Origin: Octopus bimaculoides
Taxonomy: Eukaryota
Direction: 5' to 3'
DNA: 41,600 nucleotides
Assembly (NCBI RefSeq): GCF_001194135.2
Contig: NC_068983.1
Location: 151,645,444-151,687,043 of the forward strand
In this document: positions 37,331 through 41,600 of the stretch, piece after piece
Layout of the letters: every line of letters begins with the position of its first letter
How positions within the stretch are numbered: position 1 is the stretch's first letter
Translations under genes and position numbers: made by a program
Notes under the pieces: generated by a model
Told to the model about the DNA's origin: nothing
The model's database searches: none
Seen by the model: the letters and a program-made list of their open reading frames with translations, nothing else

Positions 37331-37540
37331 AGAGAGAATAAAATGATCATTGGTGCAACGCTTTTGATCATAAGTTTCTGGAATCAGATGTACCTTTGCA
37401 TTAAATAGTTAACAACCTATAGCACGTAAAAAAAATTTGGTTTTAGAATCTGTGGTATTGATACATAGAGGTATTATCGATCTCACATATTGGGGAATTT
37501 CAACCATGTTTCGTGGTCTGCTACCACAACAGCTCCTTTA

Positions 37541-37835
37541 TAGGATCCAGTTAGCTCAAGACATNNNNNNNNNNGGCCCCTCCTTTCGGAGGTGGCTTCA
37601 GCTCTGGTGTTGGGTGCATGTCTTCTTTCATTGTTTGTGACTGATCTAATTCAACTGTGGAATGTCCCTCGCTATGGTTATTTTCCAGGGCTTCTGGCCA
37701 CACGTCTTACGGTTCATCAACCCGCGTTGTTGAATTACTGTCTTCTGACATTCCTTCCCTTGGTGGATTAGGATCCAGTTAGCTCAAGACATCATCAGGA
37801 GGAACCACGTCCGGTTTCGGCCCCTATTCCTCTAA
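37541..37835. repeat. Direct-repeat-bounded ~245-bp unit spanning a 10-N gap
   Basis: taggatccagttagctcaagacat is exact at 37541-37564 and 37769-37792. ggcccct occurs at 37575-37581 (first bases after the gap) and at 37819-37825. Confidence 0.6.
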
Positions 37836-37929
37836 GGAAATAATTTTATTCTCAAACGCAGAATAATGCTTAATATTATAGCATGAACAGGATAAATTGC
37901 ATTTTGCAGAAAAATCAGTCAGTGATCAG

Positions 37930-38522
37930 CCGGATCAACTTCTCTGAGGAACAGTTAGTAAACCGAGAACAGGTCTGCCAAGAGACTCATTCATATTCAC
38001 GCACAAGAACATTATAGAAAGTGTGTGCGTATATCATTATATAGGCCGCAGCAAACCTTTATGATACTTATTTTTTTTCTTTCTTTAGATATATGTTGTT
38101 GTCCATGTATGCACACAGGCACCCCCACCCCCACACATATATGTTAGTACACTCACTCACTTGGACAACAACAAATTTAAATATAAAGATTTGCTGCGCC
38201 CTATATAAAGATATACGCACACACTTTCTAAATTAAGGCGGCGAGCTGGCAGAAACGTTAGCACACCGGGCGAAATGCTTAGCCGTATTTCGTCTGCCGC
38301 TACGTTCTGAGTTCAAATTCCGCCGAGGTCGACTTTGCCTTTCATCCTTTGGGGGGTCGATTAAATAAGTACCAGTTACTCATTGCGGTCGATATAATCG
38401 ACTTAATCCGTATTTGTCTGTCCTTGTTTGTCCCCTCTGTGTGTAGCCCCTTGTGGGTAGTAAAGAAATAACACACTTTCTAAATCGGTTTACTGATTGT
38501 TCCTCAGAGAAGTTGTACCCGG
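37930..38522. repeat. 37-bp inverted repeat pair enclosing ~270 bp plus a later SINE insertion (possible MITE)
   Basis: 37930-37966 versus 38485-38522 match at 34 of 38 positions in reverse complement. Both ends are CCGG. No TSD seen. Confidence 0.6.
38234..38470 (+). mobile_element. Full-length SINE family A, tail A2, 15-bp TSD
   Basis: Same structure as 36033-36266. TSD acacactttctaaat at 38219-38233 and 38471-38485. Confidence 0.9.
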
Positions 38523-38569
38523 TTGTCTTTTACAATCAGTAGCATAGATCAGCTGCTTTTCGAGTACAG

Positions 38570-38692
38570 TAATCCTTTTCGCAAACAGCCAGCAATTTCG
38601 GGGGAGATGGAAGGTCAATTATATTGATCGCAGTGCTCAACAAGTGCTTATTTTATTGCCCTGAAGGATAAAAGGTACAGTCAGACTCGCCC
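38570..38692 (-). mobile_element. Diverged SINE A1 fragment
   Basis: Reverse complement ctgactgtaccttttatccttcagggcaataaaataagcac...gatcaatataattgacc...cccccgaaattgctggctg. Confidence 0.5.
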
Positions 38693-38788
38693 ACACTTAC
38701 ACTAGAGCCATTGGACATGCTACAGTTTTATTCAATACAATTGAACCCAGCCGACGGTAGATGATCCCAGCCTATAATGCTTTGCAGT

Positions 38789-39174
38789 GGAGGTGCAATG
38801 GCCCAGTGGTTAGGGCAGCGGACTCGCGGTCATAGGATCGCGGTTTCGATTCCCAGACCGGGCGTTGTGAGTGTTTATTGGGCGAAAGCACCTAAAAGCT
38901 CCACGAAGCTCCGGCAGGGGGTGGTGGCGAACCCTGCTGTATTCTTTCACCACAACTTTCTCTCACTCTTGCTTCCTGTTTCTGTTGTGCCTCTAATTCA
39001 AAGGGTCAGCCTTGTCACACTGTGTCACGCTGAATATCCCCGAGAACTACGTTAAGGGTACACGTGTCTGTGGAGTGCTCAGCCACTTGCACGTTAATTT
39101 CACGAGCAGGCTGTTCCGTTGATCGGATCAACTGGAATCCTCGAAGTCGTAAGCGACGGAGTGCCAACGACATA
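38789..39174 (+). mobile_element. Full-length tRNA-derived SINE family D, 15-bp TSD
   Basis: A-box tggcccagtgg (38799-38809), B-box-like ggtttcgattcc (38842-38853), 3' end cgacggagtgccaacgac. TSD ataatgctttgcagt at 38774-38788 and 39175-39189. Confidence 0.9.
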
Positions 39175-39298
39175 ATAATGCTTTGCAGTAATATCATCTT
39201 GGATACATGTGATTACGATTGAACTTCTTAACCGTTCGGCCATATTGCATCCGTCTAACGATACATACAATCAATTTCTTTTTAATTCGCACTCTCTC

Positions 39299-39378
<80 letters not shown>

Positions 39379-39860
39379 GACTTATGTATACATCTATATG
39401 AAAAACCCTCTCAAAACCATATAAATCCTTGTCTCTCTTATCATACCTACACACATGCAAACACACATACACACACACACACACACACACATACACACAC
39501 ATGCAAGCACACACACATACGTACAGAGGTACTTGACGAATATTCAGTTTTTGTATTGATCATTTGCTTTCTCATTTATTTTCCCCATGTTGCTTCCACT
39601 GTTCTTTTTTTGTTGTTTTTATACGTCATAACAGTCTCTGTTGTTATTGTTACTGTTGTTGCTTACGTCATAGCTATTGTTGCTGCCATAGTTTGTTATT
39701 GTAGATGTTGTTGTAATCTATAGCTTTGATATGTTCTTTTTAATCATTACTATTCAAACCGCCCCTTTTATTGGTATCTTTTGCCGTTGTGGTTGTTGTT
39801 GGTATTACTGTTGTTGTTGTTTTTTATTCAGTATACTTGTTATTGTTATCAATCTTGTTG

Positions 39861-40069
39861 CTCTCTTTTACTCTTTTACTCTTTTACTTGTTTCAGTCAT
39901 TTGACTGCGGCCATGCTGGAGCACCACCTTTAGTCGAGCAAATCGACCCCAGGACTTATTTTTTGTAAGCCTAGTACTTATTCTATCGGGGGACGTAAAC
40001 ACACCAGCATCGGTTGTCAAGCGATGGTGGGGGGGGGGACAAACACAGACACACAAACACACATACATA

Positions 40070-40113
<44 letters not shown>

Positions 40114-40278
40114 TACGACGGGCTTCTTTCAGTTTCCGTCTACCAAATCCACTCACAAGGCTTTGGTCGGCCAGAGGCTATAGTAGAAGACACTTGCCCA
40201 AGGTGCCACGCAGTGGGATTGAACCCGGAACCATGTGGTTGGTAAGTAAGCTACTTACCACACAGCCACTCCTGCGCC
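39861..40278 (-). mobile_element. Full-length SINE family B with a ~25-bp internal deletion
   Basis: The reverse complement is co-linear with 17432-17851, including the internal (TA)n tract and the (GAGTAAAA)n tail. Confidence 0.85.
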
Positions 40279-40475
40279 TGTTTATTTTCATTGTTGTTCT
40301 CATCGTCATCATAATCGACAGTGTTTTTATTATTGTTGATGTTGTTAGTGGTGGTGGTGGTGGTGGTGTTGGCAATGGCGATGATATTGTTGTTCTTGTT
40401 TATGTTGCCCGACATAATTCTGTTTTCGTTTTAATTTGAGATACTCTTACATGAAGATTAGCATCATTGTAAATA

Positions 40476-40509
<34 letters not shown>

Positions 40510-40525
40510 AACACATGTATACTCA

Positions 40526-40758
40526 AAGGCGGCGAGCTGGCAGAAACGTTAACACGCCGGGCGAAATGCTTAGCGGTATTTCGTCTGCCGTTACGTTCTG
40601 AGTTCAAATTCCGCCGTGGTCGACTTTGTCTTTCATCCTTTCGGGGTCGATAAATTAAGTACCAGTTAAGCACTAGGGTCGATGTAATCGACTCAATCCG
40701 TTCGTCTGTCCTTGTTTGTTCCCTCCATGTTTAGCCCCTTGTGGGCAATAAAGAGATG
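40526..40758 (+). mobile_element. Full-length SINE family A, tail A2, 18-bp TSD
   Basis: Same structure as the other A2 copies. TSD tgaacacatgtatactca at 40508-40525 and 40759-40776. Confidence 0.9.
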
Positions 40759-41124
40759 TGAACACATGTATACTCAGACACACTCAGACACATACACACA
40801 TACACACACACTCAGAAGCACGCGGAAATGCCTAACTCTTATCAAAAATACACAAATACACACTCATATATTGACACACCCGTGTACACATTCTCTTAAA
40901 TACACGCATATACAGAAACACACGCACATATTTACTATTTCTCTCTCTCCCTCTCTCAATCTCTCTCTCTCTCAATCTCTCTCTCGCTCACACACACATA
41001 CGCACAAAACCAAGATGACACACGCATGTGCAATAATGTTGCACGATATCCCAGCACACATATACAGACAGATATCAACTAACACGTACACAGACACATT
41101 CAATACCAGTTCATGCGGTGTCTT

Positions 41125-41338
41125 TTGTCTTTTATTTGTTAGACTGCAGCCATGCTGAGGCACCGTCTTGAAGAAATTTGGTCCTACGAATCAACCTCTG
41201 TACTTATTGTTATTCTAAGTCTGGTACTAATCCTATTGCTCTCTTTTACCGAATCGCTAATGTTACTGGAACTTAAACACATCAACACCGTTTGTCAAAC
41301 GGCAGTGGGACACACACACACACACACATACATACAAA

Positions 41339-41369
<31 letters not shown>

Positions 41370-41522
41370 GATGGATTTCTTTCAGTCTACACATACTAAA
41401 TCCACTCACAAGGCTTTGGTTGGTCCTAGGGCACAGTAGAAGACACATGCCCTAAGTACCACGCAGTAGGACTGAACCTGGAACCATGTGGTTGGTAAGC
41501 AAGCTACTTACCACATAGCCAC
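41125..41522 (-). mobile_element. Older, diverged SINE family B copy
   Basis: The reverse complement keeps the head (gtggctatgtggtaagtagcttgc...ggttccaggttcagtcc), an internal (TG)n tract and gtgcctcagcatggctgcagtc. Confidence 0.7.
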
Positions 41523-41600
41523 GAAGATTATACCTTACAGCACACCAATGTACTTATATGTATATGTATATATGTATATTATATATATATATATATATAT

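Noticed and set aside
38789-38865. tRNA gene candidates at SINE heads (also 17432, 36036 and others)
   Set aside because: They have A/B boxes but no complete cloverleaf, and they continue into SINE bodies with tails and often TSDs.

Overview
This is AT-rich, microsatellite-dense eukaryotic (animal) DNA from a fragmented draft assembly, with 14 N-gaps that mostly abut (TA)n or (CA)n tracts. The repeat families resemble those I recall from Octopus/cephalopod genomes; this is unverified inference. I found no intact protein-coding gene, rRNA, true tRNA or CRISPR array, and most listed ORFs are microsatellite, N-run or antisense artefacts. The window is mainly decayed mobile elements. (1) A stack of same-strand, 5'-truncated R4/Dong-like RLE non-LTR retrotransposons at 1-4170, separated by (TAA)n tracts, plus a longer copy at 21693-23816. 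(2) Two L1/Tx1-like remnants and another RLE LINE tail embedded in a (CATA)n tract. (3) Penelope-like GIY-YIG remnants and two minimal hammerhead-ribozyme motifs. (4) A mariner transposase pseudogene, a mariner-type MITE and a non-autonomous Helitron. (5) About 18 copies or fragments of four tRNA-derived SINE families, several with clear 12-18 bp TSDs. The family labels A1, A2, B, C and D are my own. One non-repetitive island at about 30.4 kb could be a signal-peptide exon of a host gene. Protein family calls come from motif recognition by eye, not from database searches.
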